Source: Nitrososphaeraceae archaeon (GTDB lineage: Archaea > Thermoproteota > Nitrososphaeria > Nitrososphaerales > Nitrososphaeraceae). From it: a stretch of DNA of 64,000 nucleotides. Under the pieces are notes generated by a model, which saw only the letters and a list, made by a program, of their open reading frames with translations, made no database searches and was not told where the DNA came from. Position 1 is the first letter of the stretch; each line of letters opens with the position of its first letter. Positions 52,415-63,376 of the stretch are shown here, piece by piece. Made by a program: the position numbers and the translations under genes. The stretch is taken from contig JBIOZG010000028.1 in the NCBI GenBank assembly GCA_044870765.1, positions 1-64,000 on the forward strand, in the 5' to 3' direction.

Positions 52415-52557
52415 TTGGACTCCACCTTAACTGACAGGAACTAGTAATTTTAATTTATTTGTAATGCCAAGGTTAGTTTGTTAGAATGTGAACAATAATA
52501 CACACACTGTCATTTGCGGACTTAGGTTTTTATCTTGATGAGTATTAAGATTGTCTA

Positions 52558-52971
52558 TTGAACGATAGAGTACAGGATATAATGACAAAGAACGTGATTT
52601 CGATTGATGAAGGTATTACAGCTAAGGAAGCTGCGAATATCATGACTGAAAAACGCATAAGCTCTCTTATTGTGGAGAGAGAAAACGTTCCTATAGGTAT
52701 AATCACTGAGAAGGATTTTGTCAAGAAAATCTGTAATAAGGATCTAGTATCCTCAAAAGTTAAGGTAGGAACAATAATGTCAAAAATACAAACTTATGCA
52801 AGTCCTGATACTCCAGTAGAAGTAGCTGTACAAAGGATGGTCAATCACAAAATACGCAGATTGCCCATACTATCAGACGGAAAGGTTGTTGGTATTGTCT
52901 CTGTTACTGATCTGGCAAGACAACTGAGAACAATTCTACTGGTTGATGGCATCTTGTCAGAGGAAACCTGA
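52558..52971 (+). CDS. CBS-pair protein
   Basis: Two CBS motifs (GIITEKD, IRRLP..GIVSVTD). Confidence 0.9.
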   Translation: MNDRVQDIMTKNVISIDEGITAKEAANIMTEKRISSLIVERENVPIGIITEKDFVKKICNKDLVSSKVKVGTIMSKIQTYASPDTPVEVAVQRMVNHKIRRLPILSDGKVVGIVSVTDLARQLRTILLVDGILSEET

Positions 52972-53037
52972 GTATAAAAGATATGTGAATGACCCATAGG
53001 CAAAATATAATAATTACAAAGTACTTTTGTTCTGAGT

Positions 53038-54219
53038 ATGAAAAAATTATTTGCCATTTCTTTACTTATTCTGACAATTGCAATTATGCTACAAAATAAT
53101 TTATTATATGCACAACCATCAGTAAAAGATCCTAATCTTAAAGTAGAGTCTTTCGTAAGTGGAATTGCATCTCCTACCAGTATGTTATTTGTGGATGAAA
53201 ATAATATTTTGGTATTAGAAAAAGATGGAAATGTAAGACTGATTAGCAACGGAATGCTTCAATCACAGCCATTGGTATCTCTAAGTGTTGATACTAAGAA
53301 TGAACGAGGACTACTGGGAATAGAAAAAGTTGGTGAAAATGTATTTTTGTACGCTACGGTAAAGGACGGTCAGCTGATAAACAGAATATACAAATACATC
53401 TTGGTACCTGGTCCGGAGCTAACAAATGAACAAGAATTTATGGATCTTCCTGGAACTCCTGCTACCAATCATCAAGGAGGAAAATTAGTTGCAAGTAATG
53501 ATGGATACCTATATTCAGTAACTGGAGAGTTACAACGCAACGGAAAAGATCAAAATATAGTTAATGGTCCTGATCCGGACTTTAGTGGCGCAATTTTAAA
53601 AACTAATGCAAACGATGGTTCTCCGGCACCTAATAATCCCTTCAAGAGTGACAACTCTAATGATCCTATAAATTGGTATCAAGCGTATGGAATAAGAAAC
53701 AGCTTTGGACTAGGCATAGATCCTGTTACTGGAGCCTTATGGGACACGGAAAATGGTGAACAAACGTTCGATGAAATTAATCTAGTTAGTCCTGGATTCA
53801 ATAGTGGCTGGAAATTAACAATGGGTCCAATATCGGAGAGTGGAATTTCCCAGGATGATTTGGTGAATTTTCCAGATTCAAATTACAAGGATCCTATATT
53901 GAGTTTCAGGAATTCTATTGGCATCACTGATATTGAATTCTTGAATTCGGATAAATTGGGGATAGAATATGCAAATAATGCATTTGTAGGTGATTTTAGC
54001 TATGGTAATCTGTACAGATTCGAGTTAAACGAAGAGAGAGTAGATTTCAAATTTAGCGATCCGGGACTTGAAGATCGCGTGATCGATAATAACAAAGAAC
54101 TCGATTCGTTGATATTTGGCGAGGGCTTCTCAGGGATAACTGATATAAAGACAGGACCTGATGGATTGCTCTATGTGCTATCATTTGAGGATGGTACGAT
54201 TTACAGAATTAGTAAGTAA
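53038..54219 (+). CDS. PQQ-dependent sugar dehydrogenase (GSDH family), secreted
   Basis: ERGLLG, HQGG, YGIRNSFG, DEIN, GPDGLLYV. Confidence 0.88.
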   Translation: MKKLFAISLLILTIAIMLQNNLLYAQPSVKDPNLKVESFVSGIASPTSMLFVDENNILVLEKDGNVRLISNGMLQSQPLVSLSVDTKNERGLLGIEKVGENVFLYATVKDGQLINRIYKYILVPGPELTNEQEFMDLPGTPATNHQGGKLVASNDGYLYSVTGELQRNGKDQNIVNGPDPDFSGAILKTNANDGSPAPNNPFKSDNSNDPINWYQAYGIRNSFGLGIDPVTGALWDTENGEQTFDEINLVSPGFNSGWKLTMGPISESGISQDDLVNFPDSNYKDPILSFRNSIGITDIEFLNSDKLGIEYANNAFVGDFSYGNLYRFELNEERVDFKFSDPGLEDRVIDNNKELDSLIFGEGFSGITDIKTGPDGLLYVLSFEDGTIYRISK

Positions 54220-54290
54220 AATATGAAAAATTTTGGTATCTGAAAAGGATTTATGTTGAAGCAACCACCATTCTTATTTTTTCCAAAGAA

Positions 54291-56108
54291 TTAACCGTTA
54301 TCAATTTGAAAAATTCTTATTTTTTGTCCGGCAATTATTGCATTTAGTATCCTTCTTCCACTTTCCGATCTCTTGTCTATTTTGATTCTCGATTTCTTTC
54401 CAACTTGGTTTGCACAAACAAATTCATCATCAATATGCAAATTTACTTTGTTACCAATTGTTTCTTCGTCTAGCTTTATAACGACTCCGTTGCCAGATTC
54501 GCTTACTTCAAAGAAGATTTCTTTGCCCAGAGTAAGAGTCTTCATTTCTACATCTATTTTTACACCAAGCATGTCTTCAAGTTCGTTAATGGTTGTCCCT
54601 CCTTTTCCAATTATCCTAGGAATTACATCTTTCTGGACCTTAATTCTTACCTTGTTGTCCGATAGGATTGAAATCTCTGGGTTAGGATCAAATCGTCGTA
54701 TTACATCTCTAATCTTCGATTCTGCAAGCTTGTATATTTTGTTCTTGTTGGCTTCGTCAGTTGGTTCAACAGGCACTATTACATTTTCTTCACCAAATGT
54801 ATAAATCTCATATTCAGTTAGTCCGGTCGAAAAATCTTTGACTTCTACTACCGGCCTAGCAAGATCAGCTTCTGTCATCTTGTAAGGTACTTTGACGGTG
54901 AGTGATATTTCATAGACCTTCTTCACCATGCCCGCATCCATGAAAATTATTGTGTCTAGAATTTGAGGTATCATTCCTAATTCTATCCTGCCGATAAATC
55001 TCTGAACCGCATCCAATGGTTTGCTCGCATGGATCACTCCAATCATTCCAACGCCCGCTAACTTCATATCAGAAAAAACTTGAAAATCTCTGTATCGTCT
55101 TATTTCATCAAAAATGGTATAGTCGGGACGCACAAGCAATAGAATATCGACGGCATTCTCGAAACTCCCTTCAAGTGGGCCGTATTGGGTTACCTCCTTA
55201 GGTACTTGTAAATCTCTGGGTGATTCAAAGGTTTTTACTATTTTATTTTGCGTGACATAAAACTCTGCAAGACTGCTTGCCAATGTACTCTTTCCAGATC
55301 CAGGAGGACCTGCTATAATTATTCCTTCTACATTTGATGTTAGCCGTGCTAACAGTTTTTCACTCAGTCCATAATCTTCTAATGTCAATTTCGCTATTGG
55401 TCTCACTACAGTAATTTCTTGGGATTCTGAGAATGGTTCTTTAGTAATTGCAATTCTATATTTACCCAATTGTATAACGGTAGCTCCATCCTTGTTAATT
55501 TCCCTCAAACCCTTTTTTAGGCGTGATTGTTCTAAAATTTCCTTTGTGATTTCATCAACTTCCTTGGATGAAAGTTTCTGATTTTCTAATTGTACAACCT
55601 TCAAGTTGCCGGGTACCCCTCTTTTTGCAAACGGGCATGTACCTTCCTTAAGATGAATACTCATGGTATCATTATCAAAGTATTTTTCAAACCGCAATTC
55701 TGAATCCTCTTTAGAGGAACTAAGGAGCATAGACTTTATTCCATGTGCCTCTGATACCAAATGTTGAACATAATCACACGTTATCAGAGTGGCATCGTTT
55801 TCTAGAGCAATGTCTTTTATTATCGCATCAATTCTTCCATGTTTTGCCAGTCTAATTTCTTCGATAGTTGGCCTTGTTCCAACAAATTCAAGATTTATTT
55901 TACTTGTCTTGCAAAGATCCCTTATCTTCTTTATTTGAAGCAATCCTTCTATTCCATGAGGTTTATTAGTGGAGGCCTGTGCTTGGAGTTCGTCAAGTAC
56001 TGCTATGGGGATAATAATTTGGCTGTTAGGAGAAATCCTGTCACGTAGAATATCTGGAACCTTGCCATCGATTATTACGCTTGTATCTAAAACGTATTTA
56101 TCACTCAT
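54291..56108 (-). CDS. PINA: PIN-domain ATPase with KH domains (Holliday junction branch migration ATPase family)
   Basis: VLDTS PIN domain, GPPGSGKST, ESPRDL, IIGKGG. Confidence 0.92.
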   Translation of the reverse strand: MSDKYVLDTSVIIDGKVPDILRDRISPNSQIIIPIAVLDELQAQASTNKPHGIEGLLQIKKIRDLCKTSKINLEFVGTRPTIEEIRLAKHGRIDAIIKDIALENDATLITCDYVQHLVSEAHGIKSMLLSSSKEDSELRFEKYFDNDTMSIHLKEGTCPFAKRGVPGNLKVVQLENQKLSSKEVDEITKEILEQSRLKKGLREINKDGATVIQLGKYRIAITKEPFSESQEITVVRPIAKLTLEDYGLSEKLLARLTSNVEGIIIAGPPGSGKSTLASSLAEFYVTQNKIVKTFESPRDLQVPKEVTQYGPLEGSFENAVDILLLVRPDYTIFDEIRRYRDFQVFSDMKLAGVGMIGVIHASKPLDAVQRFIGRIELGMIPQILDTIIFMDAGMVKKVYEISLTVKVPYKMTEADLARPVVEVKDFSTGLTEYEIYTFGEENVIVPVEPTDEANKNKIYKLAESKIRDVIRRFDPNPEISILSDNKVRIKVQKDVIPRIIGKGGTTINELEDMLGVKIDVEMKTLTLGKEIFFEVSESGNGVVIKLDEETIGNKVNLHIDDEFVCANQVGKKSRIKIDKRSESGRRILNAIIAGQKIRIFQIDNG

Positions 56109-56201
56109 CTAAAATATAGTTAAGATTTGTAGATTAATGTGTCTTTTTATAATATTCGAGTAGTGCCTGACGTAAAAAAGCGAATTTACATAACTATGCC
56201 C

Positions 56202-58016
56202 TTAGGACTCATCGACATAAAAAATGGTCTGGCCATTACTTCCACTATTTGACTGTGACAAGATGTTCAATATCAAACTAGGAATTTTTTCTTCATCCGG
56301 TTGGCTGCCTTCAATATTACCGGCTAGAATCAAGTTTTGTCTTATATTGGATTTTACCACATCCCGCAATTCCTGATTAACTGTTGCATTGAGAGGTCTC
56401 AGAGCGCCCCTGAAAATTTCTGACCTTGCCCTCACGACGCCAGAAATCTTGTCTCCCACGGGAGAATCAGGGCCAATGATAATTACAGTTCCATTCGAGC
56501 CCTTGAACAAAGACGGCTCACTCAGTGCACCTTCGGGGACCATATGCACTACTGATTGTCTAGTTATTAATGCAGGAGCGAAAAGGTAATTTTCTACAAT
56601 CTTATCCCACTGTGTTCTACTAAGTGACTTTAGTGCAGCTTCATAGTCATAATCTCCAGTCAAAAATACCACCCCATCTATCGCAGAAAATTTTTCGCGT
56701 ACCACTCTCAGCATTTCCTTAACTGCTTGTTCATTTGACAAATTAACGGAATGAGCGTGGTACTCTTTGTAGTAACCCAAATCTTTGGGGTCTCCTGTTA
56801 GGATGACTAATTGTTTTATTTTTTTCACAAGAGAATTTGCAATATTATTTGCTCGCTTTAGATCTTTTTCTTTTGAAGAGTTTACTACAAGCACAATAAC
56901 TTTATTTGAAATATCACTTTCCTTCTGATAAATAAAGGTCCCGATTATTGGTCTTGTGGGATAGAATACTCTGTCGTTGGGTACGATTTTTCCGTTCAGT
57001 AACTTGCTCATCTTTTCAGATGACAGGTTAAGTACCATTTCTGCTACCTGTTCCTGTGAGAGAAACTCGTTATCTACTATCATTTTCTTTGTATTCATTT
57101 GTATCTTTTCAGCAATTTGCTGAGTCTTTGATAATAGCTCTCGTAATGATAAAGTGAGCTGAACTTTATCTTGTTCATTTTTTATCCTTTCATTAAATAC
57201 TTGCTGCACGACCATCTCCATTTCTTTATCAATTGCAGTCTGTTCTTCTCCTAATACATTCAAAAGTCGATACAATGATTTCTCTATTTCAGCAGATGAA
57301 AGCCCAGAAAATCCCCCAATGCGTAAGAATTCAGCAGCTGCCTTAGGATACACAGTTTTGTATATACGATCTGAATGAACAGGTCCGGGATTTGTTGCTA
57401 CTGATTGTATTCCATCAGGTACCAACTCCCATGCAAATGCTTCGGCTAGTCTATTTTTGGCCCCTTGAGCACTAGTATAAGGAGTTCTAAATCGATATGG
57501 GCGTTGTTCATACTTGTTTTCTTCTGTGAAAAAAGTAGAGATGGTAATTACCTTAGAGCCTTTTTGCATATTTTCAATGCATTTGATTGTCGTCCAAAAT
57601 GTACCTGTTAGATGGATCATTACACATTCTTTGAAATCTGAAAAATTTGAATTCGTGAAAAGTTTCACAGGTCCCGAAACTCCCGCATTATTTACAAGAA
57701 TATCAACAGGACCTATTTCTTTTGCAATGGTGTTAAACATGTCCGTTATTGCCTGTTCATCTGATACATCAACACCCGGGAATATTTTGATTTTACCTGA
57801 ACTTCCGACCTTTGAAATTATGCTTTGTAATTCAGATTGCGTCTCTTCCAGTGGTTCTTTCCTCCTTCCAAGCAGTATAATACTAGCACCATTTTCTGCA
57901 AACTTCTTTGCGATAGCTTGCCCGATTCCAGTTCCACTTCCAGTGACTACTACAACCTTGTTCGCAAAATCAAGTTCAACCAAGTATGACTCCATCCCCT
58001 TGAGGCATAAGTTCAA
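56202..58016 (-). CDS. Tandem-SDR oxidoreductase resembling the C-terminal (CoA-acylating) part of Chloroflexus-type malonyl-CoA reductase
   Basis: TGSGTGIG, FPGVDVSDE, NNAGVSG, PYRFRTPY (YxxRxxY), PGPVHSDR, helical insertion, degenerate second SDR domain. Confidence 0.7.
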   Translation of the reverse strand: MNLCLKGMESYLVELDFANKVVVVTGSGTGIGQAIAKKFAENGASIILLGRRKEPLEETQSELQSIISKVGSSGKIKIFPGVDVSDEQAITDMFNTIAKEIGPVDILVNNAGVSGPVKLFTNSNFSDFKECVMIHLTGTFWTTIKCIENMQKGSKVITISTFFTEENKYEQRPYRFRTPYTSAQGAKNRLAEAFAWELVPDGIQSVATNPGPVHSDRIYKTVYPKAAAEFLRIGGFSGLSSAEIEKSLYRLLNVLGEEQTAIDKEMEMVVQQVFNERIKNEQDKVQLTLSLRELLSKTQQIAEKIQMNTKKMIVDNEFLSQEQVAEMVLNLSSEKMSKLLNGKIVPNDRVFYPTRPIIGTFIYQKESDISNKVIVLVVNSSKEKDLKRANNIANSLVKKIKQLVILTGDPKDLGYYKEYHAHSVNLSNEQAVKEMLRVVREKFSAIDGVVFLTGDYDYEAALKSLSRTQWDKIVENYLFAPALITRQSVVHMVPEGALSEPSLFKGSNGTVIIIGPDSPVGDKISGVVRARSEIFRGALRPLNATVNQELRDVVKSNIRQNLILAGNIEGSQPDEEKIPSLILNILSQSNSGSNGQTIFYVDES

Positions 58017-58147
58017 GGCATATCTAATACATTATTAAATATAACGAGCCATGGAGTACATTCAATTTAATATCTTGAAATCCTGAAAATTTTAGGAATT
58101 CAATAATTTTCACACAATTTATTTATCAGTATGAAAATAGAAAAAGC

Positions 58148-58429
58148 ATGTCTGATGAAGTACATGCGTCAACCGATTCCAATAATAAACATGAAGAGGA
58201 AGAAGAATCCGATACTTTCAAAAAACTGGACATAAATGAAATTTTTGCCTCTCAGATGGTCGCTAATGGTTTGACCGCCGAAGCAATCCCGTTAGGTTCG
58301 CTGGAATTGGAGCGTGAAGATTATTACAACAATGACATCGGTTCAAGTCCTCGGCTAATTACTAACCGTGGCTGTATAAGGGTAAAAGACAAGGAAATTA
58401 GCATTATTCAGATAATTCAACAGAACTGA
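58148..58429 (+). CDS. Acidic hypothetical protein
   Basis: 93-aa ORF with ATG. Confidence 0.5.
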   Translation: MSDEVHASTDSNNKHEEEEESDTFKKLDINEIFASQMVANGLTAEAIPLGSLELEREDYYNNDIGSSPRLITNRGCIRVKDKEISIIQIIQQN

Positions 58430-58544
58430 CCATGCATTTTATTGGACGCCTATTTTTGAATTTATCAAGTTCCATTTAAGCTTTAGAAATCTTTAGTTCT
58501 ATTTTCAACCTTAAAAAAAAGCACGTTGGTTGGAACAATGTCGT

Positions 58545-59096
58545 TTAGGCTCTCCACCAATCAAAGCTAAGAAAATATACTCTACTAGCTTTCGTCGATG
58601 TGATAGCTAGAATAAATTGCTTTTTTACTGTCGTCGCTAGCCTTCCAGCAAGAACGATTCCAGTAGCTGTTATATCATGTCGATTATCCACTACCTGTAC
58701 TAAATATGGCGCATGGTCAATTCCAGGACCATGTTCATAAACAGCAAAATCACATCCAAATTTGATTCCAGGGGAGACTACATATCCAACATCTCTCAAT
58801 TTTTTGAATACTAAATATTTTATATCAAAATCCATATACTGTTTTCTACATATCTGTTTCATCTGTTTCAAGAGTATTTTCTTGCCATTGACGTCATTTA
58901 TCGTAAGCAATTTTGACTCGACCAAATAACAGCCTTCAATTAAATCGAGAATTAGAGGTGTGTCAAAATCGACTCCTTTGGGTTTGTAAATCCCAAGAGG
59001 CTTACCGTAATAGCCTAGGGAAAAAATTGACCTTGAATCCTCAATGTTCCAAATTATGATTCTGCTCTCAATGAGAGTACCAGTATAAGATTTCAT
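58545..59096 (-). CDS. endA: tRNA-intron lyase (splicing endonuclease), catalytic subunit
   Basis: GIKFGCDFAVY..GP..DHAPY, GRLATTVKK; TAATG overlap with the upstream gene. Confidence 0.92.
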   Translation of the reverse strand: MKSYTGTLIESRIIIWNIEDSRSIFSLGYYGKPLGIYKPKGVDFDTPLILDLIEGCYLVESKLLTINDVNGKKILLKQMKQICRKQYMDFDIKYLVFKKLRDVGYVVSPGIKFGCDFAVYEHGPGIDHAPYLVQVVDNRHDITATGIVLAGRLATTVKKQFILAITSTKASRVYFLSFDWWRA

Positions 59097-59749
59097 TACA
59101 TGCTCAGAGCAAGTATCGTAAGAGAGTCTGAAGCCGCCTGACATTTATCAGCCATTCCCTCTATACCTTCCACGGCATCTTTGACAAGTAGAAGATCTTT
59201 GGTATTTGGAATTTCGTTTAAGGCTTTAATTACAACTTTCCTGTAAGAGTTATCAACCTTTCTTTCTATATTCTGCACCTCCTGTGCAAGGTCTATTGTG
59301 CTTGATGGGTTTATGCTAAGAGCTCGCGCCATTTCATTTAACTTGAAAATCGCCTCAACCACCATGTTGATGAGCTCACTAATGTCCTCATCAAATTTGC
59401 CTTTCTTGAGGGTCGCAATCTTGATGTTTGAGAGTCTGAACGCAATCCCGGTGATGTATCCAGCTATATCATCCACGATATAGGCAGTTCTCAAAACATC
59501 TTCTCTGTATACCATGAGACTTCCAGTATCTGAAATTTCTCTGGTCATCTTACGTCTAAGATTTTCTACTTCCTCGCCGGCATTTTTCATCCTCACAAGG
59601 GATAATTCAGTCTCCTTATCTGTCCCCTTTATTATGGAATCAGTGAGTGATGATAGATCTCTTGCTGCATTGAGAATATGAGTAATTTCATCGTGCAAAA
59701 CAGCCAAGGCCTTTCTTTTAGCCTGTACCTCTAACTCTCCGTTATACAT
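59096..59749 (-). CDS. DUF47/PhoU-like phosphate transport regulator
   Basis: REDV...DDIA...IERKVD..YR...MADKC helical repeats. Confidence 0.8.
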   Translation of the reverse strand: MYNGELEVQAKRKALAVLHDEITHILNAARDLSSLTDSIIKGTDKETELSLVRMKNAGEEVENLRRKMTREISDTGSLMVYREDVLRTAYIVDDIAGYITGIAFRLSNIKIATLKKGKFDEDISELINMVVEAIFKLNEMARALSINPSSTIDLAQEVQNIERKVDNSYRKVVIKALNEIPNTKDLLLVKDAVEGIEGMADKCQAASDSLTILALSM

Positions 59750-59876
59750 ATACAGATTAAAAACGTTCAGACATTTTTAATCCTTTTCAAATTATTAATG
59801 TCAACTGATAAATAAAGATGCGGATATCTGATAGAAAAATGTCAGTTAGTGCGAAATCAGCTTTTTTGGTAAGGCA

Positions 59877-60089
59877 CTAGCTCGCTCTATTTGCCCATGC
59901 AACCACAGTAAATGTACTTACTGCAGATCCAATCATACCTGCTATGAGTGCACCTATAACTGCCTGATTTACAAATTTTGGCATTGATGTAGTAAACCAC
60001 TCTGCAATTCCGGGCAATGAAAGATACCCAGCAAAGCCGATTCCAAAGCCTACCAACCAGAATACAAAGACCGCAAATCCTCTAGACAA
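59877..60089 (-). CDS. Small 2-TM membrane protein
   Basis: GGAGAGGA Shine-Dalgarno before TTG; two hydrophobic helices. Confidence 0.7.
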   Translation of the reverse strand: MSRGFAVFVFWLVGFGIGFAGYLSLPGIAEWFTTSMPKFVNQAVIGALIAGMIGSAVSTFTVVAWANRAS

Positions 60090-60329
60090 TTTTATTCCTC
60101 TCCACTCGTATTATTCCAACAAATAACCCGACACCTTGGCGGTTCATGGCAGTTTTTGTAAAAAATGTATTAAATTATGATTGTCAAAAAATGTGCATTT
60201 GGCACATCATTGATTTAATACATCTTTGTTGTCTTAAATGTCCGAAATACGAGGTAAATTGCCTATCCACAAGTACCTTTGAAGCGAATTCAAACTTATT
60301 TAACTTGATATTTTAAGATACTAGAGTAA

Positions 60330-61337
60330 TTGAGACTAGTATTGTTAGGTTTTGGGGTGGTCGGCCAGAGCTTTGTTAAATTATTATTGTCTCATTCAGC
60401 AGATCTGTTTAATGACTACGGAATAAAGCCCAAAGTAGTTGCATGTGCTGATAACGGTGGTATCGTGACTTCCAACCAAGGATTAGACTTGGATAGATTA
60501 TTGAGTGTAAAGAAGATAAAGAAATCAATCATTCATTATGGGTCCGGTGAAGGTAGTTCCATATTGGATGTTATCGAAAATATAGATGCAGAAGTTGTTA
60601 TTGAACTAACTCCCACCAATATTAAAGACGGTGAACCTGGAAAAACCCATATCGTCACGGCCATGAAATCTGGTAAAAACGTTATTACAGTCAATAAAGG
60701 ACCACTTGCCTTAGAATTTCCTTCTTTGGTGGAGTTGGCAGATTATAATAGAATAGCATTTAAATTCAGTGGAACCGTTGGTGGAGGAACTCCGATATTA
60801 GAATTTGCAAAGAGGTGCTTGAAAGGTGATAGAATCCTCTCATTTGAAGGAATTCTTAACGGAACAACGAATTATATTCTGAGCAAAATGTTCGAAGGCC
60901 TAAATTTTTCTCAAGCCCTCCAGGTTGCATCTGCAAAAGGATACGCAGAGAAGGATCCGACACTTGACATTGATGGTTATGATGCAGTTGCAAAACTCGT
61001 TATTGCATCGAACTTGGTTATGAACATGAAATCAACCATGAGTGATGTTAAGAGAATTGGTATTAGGAATGTACAGGCGTCAGATGTTACTAAAGAACGA
61101 AAAAAGGGGAATGCAATAAAATTAATCGCTACTTGTGATGGTAAGAATCTAACCGTTGAACCGAAGGCCATATCAACGAAGGATCCAATTTGCGTTGATG
61201 GAATTCTCAATGCTATTACATTTACATGCCAACATTCAGGTCAACAAACAATAATCGGTAAGGGTGCAGGGGGTATGGAAACGGCAAGCTCCATCCTTAG
61301 GGATTTGATAGATATCAGAAACATAATTCGATCATAA
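60330..61337 (+). CDS. hom: Homoserine dehydrogenase
   Basis: GFGVVG, TVNKGPL, GILNGTTNYIL, GAGGMETAS. Confidence 0.95.
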   Translation: MRLVLLGFGVVGQSFVKLLLSHSADLFNDYGIKPKVVACADNGGIVTSNQGLDLDRLLSVKKIKKSIIHYGSGEGSSILDVIENIDAEVVIELTPTNIKDGEPGKTHIVTAMKSGKNVITVNKGPLALEFPSLVELADYNRIAFKFSGTVGGGTPILEFAKRCLKGDRILSFEGILNGTTNYILSKMFEGLNFSQALQVASAKGYAEKDPTLDIDGYDAVAKLVIASNLVMNMKSTMSDVKRIGIRNVQASDVTKERKKGNAIKLIATCDGKNLTVEPKAISTKDPICVDGILNAITFTCQHSGQQTIIGKGAGGMETASSILRDLIDIRNIIRS

Positions 61338-61589
61338 TGTAAAATTGATTGGATCTTAAAATTCGAAAAATATTTTCAATAACGACGCCGAGTAGTAATT
61401 CAAGCTAGAACATATTTATTACCATGAAAAGGAACGATTCAATATACATATACACAGCATCATAGTATTGCTTATTTATATTAGATCATTTTGAATCTAT
61501 CTTTCATCTAAATGAATGTCAAGAACTTTCGTATCTGCTCATTCTATCAATCAGATTCGTTCCTTGTCCCTAAATGGAGTTAACTTGAC

Positions 61590-61784
61590 TCACAAGGTTT
61601 GTAATTTCTCTAAAACTGAATTAATGGCCAGTAGATCTTGTGCTAAAAATCTTTTCTTTTGTAAAAGTCGGTATTTCATTACACTTCTATAGCTTGAAGT
61701 ATATTTCTTGTGTAATTTTACTATATCCCACTCGCTGAGATCTCTGATAAATTCTTTTTCTTTGGTACCTAGACATGATGCCAT
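61590..61784 (-). CDS. Small basic hypothetical protein
   Basis: 64-aa ORF with ATG. Confidence 0.5.
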   Translation of the reverse strand: MASCLGTKEKEFIRDLSEWDIVKLHKKYTSSYRSVMKYRLLQKKRFLAQDLLAINSVLEKLQTL

Positions 61785-62032
61785 TCCTTAATACAAACCT
61801 GAGTTCAGTACTTAATACAGTTTATCTTAAAACTGTTCGCTGCGATTTACGAGCTATATCTGTCTGAATTCAGACCTTACAATGCGTATTATATCACTTG
61901 ACGAAATGCATGAAAATCCAAAAATGAATTCGACGTCCAGAGGGGGGAGTGCATCTCCCTACCTTCATAATGCTCAATTTGTAATGTCGAATAAAAATTA
62001 AATTATATTATGATGTACATTAATGAATAGGA

Positions 62033-63376
62033 TTGACTCAGGTTACAACAAGTGATGTGAATAGGTTACGTTTGGATTTTTTGAATGTAAGAAATACTAC
62101 TTCAATTATTTTTGAACCAATTTCAATAGAAGACGCAGTAATGCAGTCTGATCCATTTGGAAGTACTCCAAACTGGCATATTGCACATGTTACTTGGTTT
62201 TTCCAAAAGATACTTGAAAAATACAAACAGAATATAGATGCTGAATCAATAAATACAGATTATCTCAATTCGTATTATCAACGATATAGAAAGATATTGC
62301 CAAAATCAGACAGAGGAAAATTCCCGAGACCTAAAGTCTCCGAGACATTAAAATATCGGTCTTTAATCGAAGACATGTTTCTAAAATTTCTGGATAACAT
62401 AGAAAGGAACAACTCATTGACTCGCAATTTGGCATATGATATTGAATTGGCCAATCAGCATGAAATGCAACACCAGGAGCTCCTAATTTATGATCTTCAG
62501 CACTATTTCCAAAGATTTGATGATGCAGAAGACAACTATCAACCTAAAATCAATAAAAGGCCCAACAGTATTGATAATCCTGACGTAGAGCAAGGGATGG
62601 TGAAAATACCTGGAGGCCTGTATGAACTCGGATTTTCTGGAAGTGACTTTTGTTATGACAATGAAGTACCAGAACATAAAACCTATCTCAACGCATATGA
62701 AATTGACACGTATCCTGTCACAAACAAGCAATTTATGGCATTTATCGATGGGGCGGGTTACGAAGATTACAAATTTTGGTTATCAGATGGTTGGGACATT
62801 GTAAATGAAAAGAAATGGGACGCACCTTTATACTGGCAAAAAATGGAAGGGTACTGGTACAAGAAAGATTTTGCCGGCCTGAATAAAATTTCACCAGATG
62901 AACCAGTTACAAATGTTAGCTACTATGAGGCCGATGCATATTCAAAGTGGGCAGGCAAAAGATTACCGACCGAAGCAGAATGGGAAAAAGCCGCAAGCTG
63001 GAACCAAGATTTGAACAAAAAGACTATCTTCCCGTGGGGAGACAAGTTGCCTTCTGATCATAACGCAAACCTGTTGGAATCTTGGAATTGGGCACCTTCT
63101 CAAATTGGATCGTACCCACAAGGAAAAAGTTACTATGGTTGTCAACAAATGCTAGGTGATGTCTGGGAATGGACCTCTTCTGAATATGTCTTGTATCCTG
63201 GATTTAGATCAAAGTTTTCAGAATACACGGACAAGTGGGCAATTAATCAAAAAGTATTACGTGGAGGATCATTCGCAACTCCAAGGTCCCAAATTAGAAA
63301 CAGTTACAGGAACTATTTCAAACCACATGAAAGAATTCCCTTTTCAGGATTTAGATGTGTAAGGGATCTTCTTTAG
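62033..63376 (+). CDS. egtB: Ergothioneine biosynthesis sulfoxide synthase
   Basis: DinB-like WHIAH and HEMQHQE iron ligands; FGE-like RLPTEAEWEKAA, GDVWEWT, GFRC. Confidence 0.9.
   Translation: MTQVTTSDVNRLRLDFLNVRNTTSIIFEPISIEDAVMQSDPFGSTPNWHIAHVTWFFQKILEKYKQNIDAESINTDYLNSYYQRYRKILPKSDRGKFPRPKVSETLKYRSLIEDMFLKFLDNIERNNSLTRNLAYDIELANQHEMQHQELLIYDLQHYFQRFDDAEDNYQPKINKRPNSIDNPDVEQGMVKIPGGLYELGFSGSDFCYDNEVPEHKTYLNAYEIDTYPVTNKQFMAFIDGAGYEDYKFWLSDGWDIVNEKKWDAPLYWQKMEGYWYKKDFAGLNKISPDEPVTNVSYYEADAYSKWAGKRLPTEAEWEKAASWNQDLNKKTIFPWGDKLPSDHNANLLESWNWAPSQIGSYPQGKSYYGCQQMLGDVWEWTSSEYVLYPGFRSKFSEYTDKWAINQKVLRGGSFATPRSQIRNSYRNYFKPHERIPFSGFRCVRDLL

Noticed and set aside
43444-58038. Antisense ORFs such as 43444, 47336, 52845, 54373 and 57514
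   Set aside because: They overlap well-supported genes on the opposite strand.
60135-60153. ccttggcggttcatggcag resembles a 5S rRNA 5' end
   Set aside because: The similarity stops after ~19 nt and is followed by AT-rich promoter-like DNA.
61945-61959. GGGAG-tgcat-CTCCC hairpin upstream of egtB as a riboswitch
   Set aside because: Only a 5-bp stem, with no recognisable aptamer.
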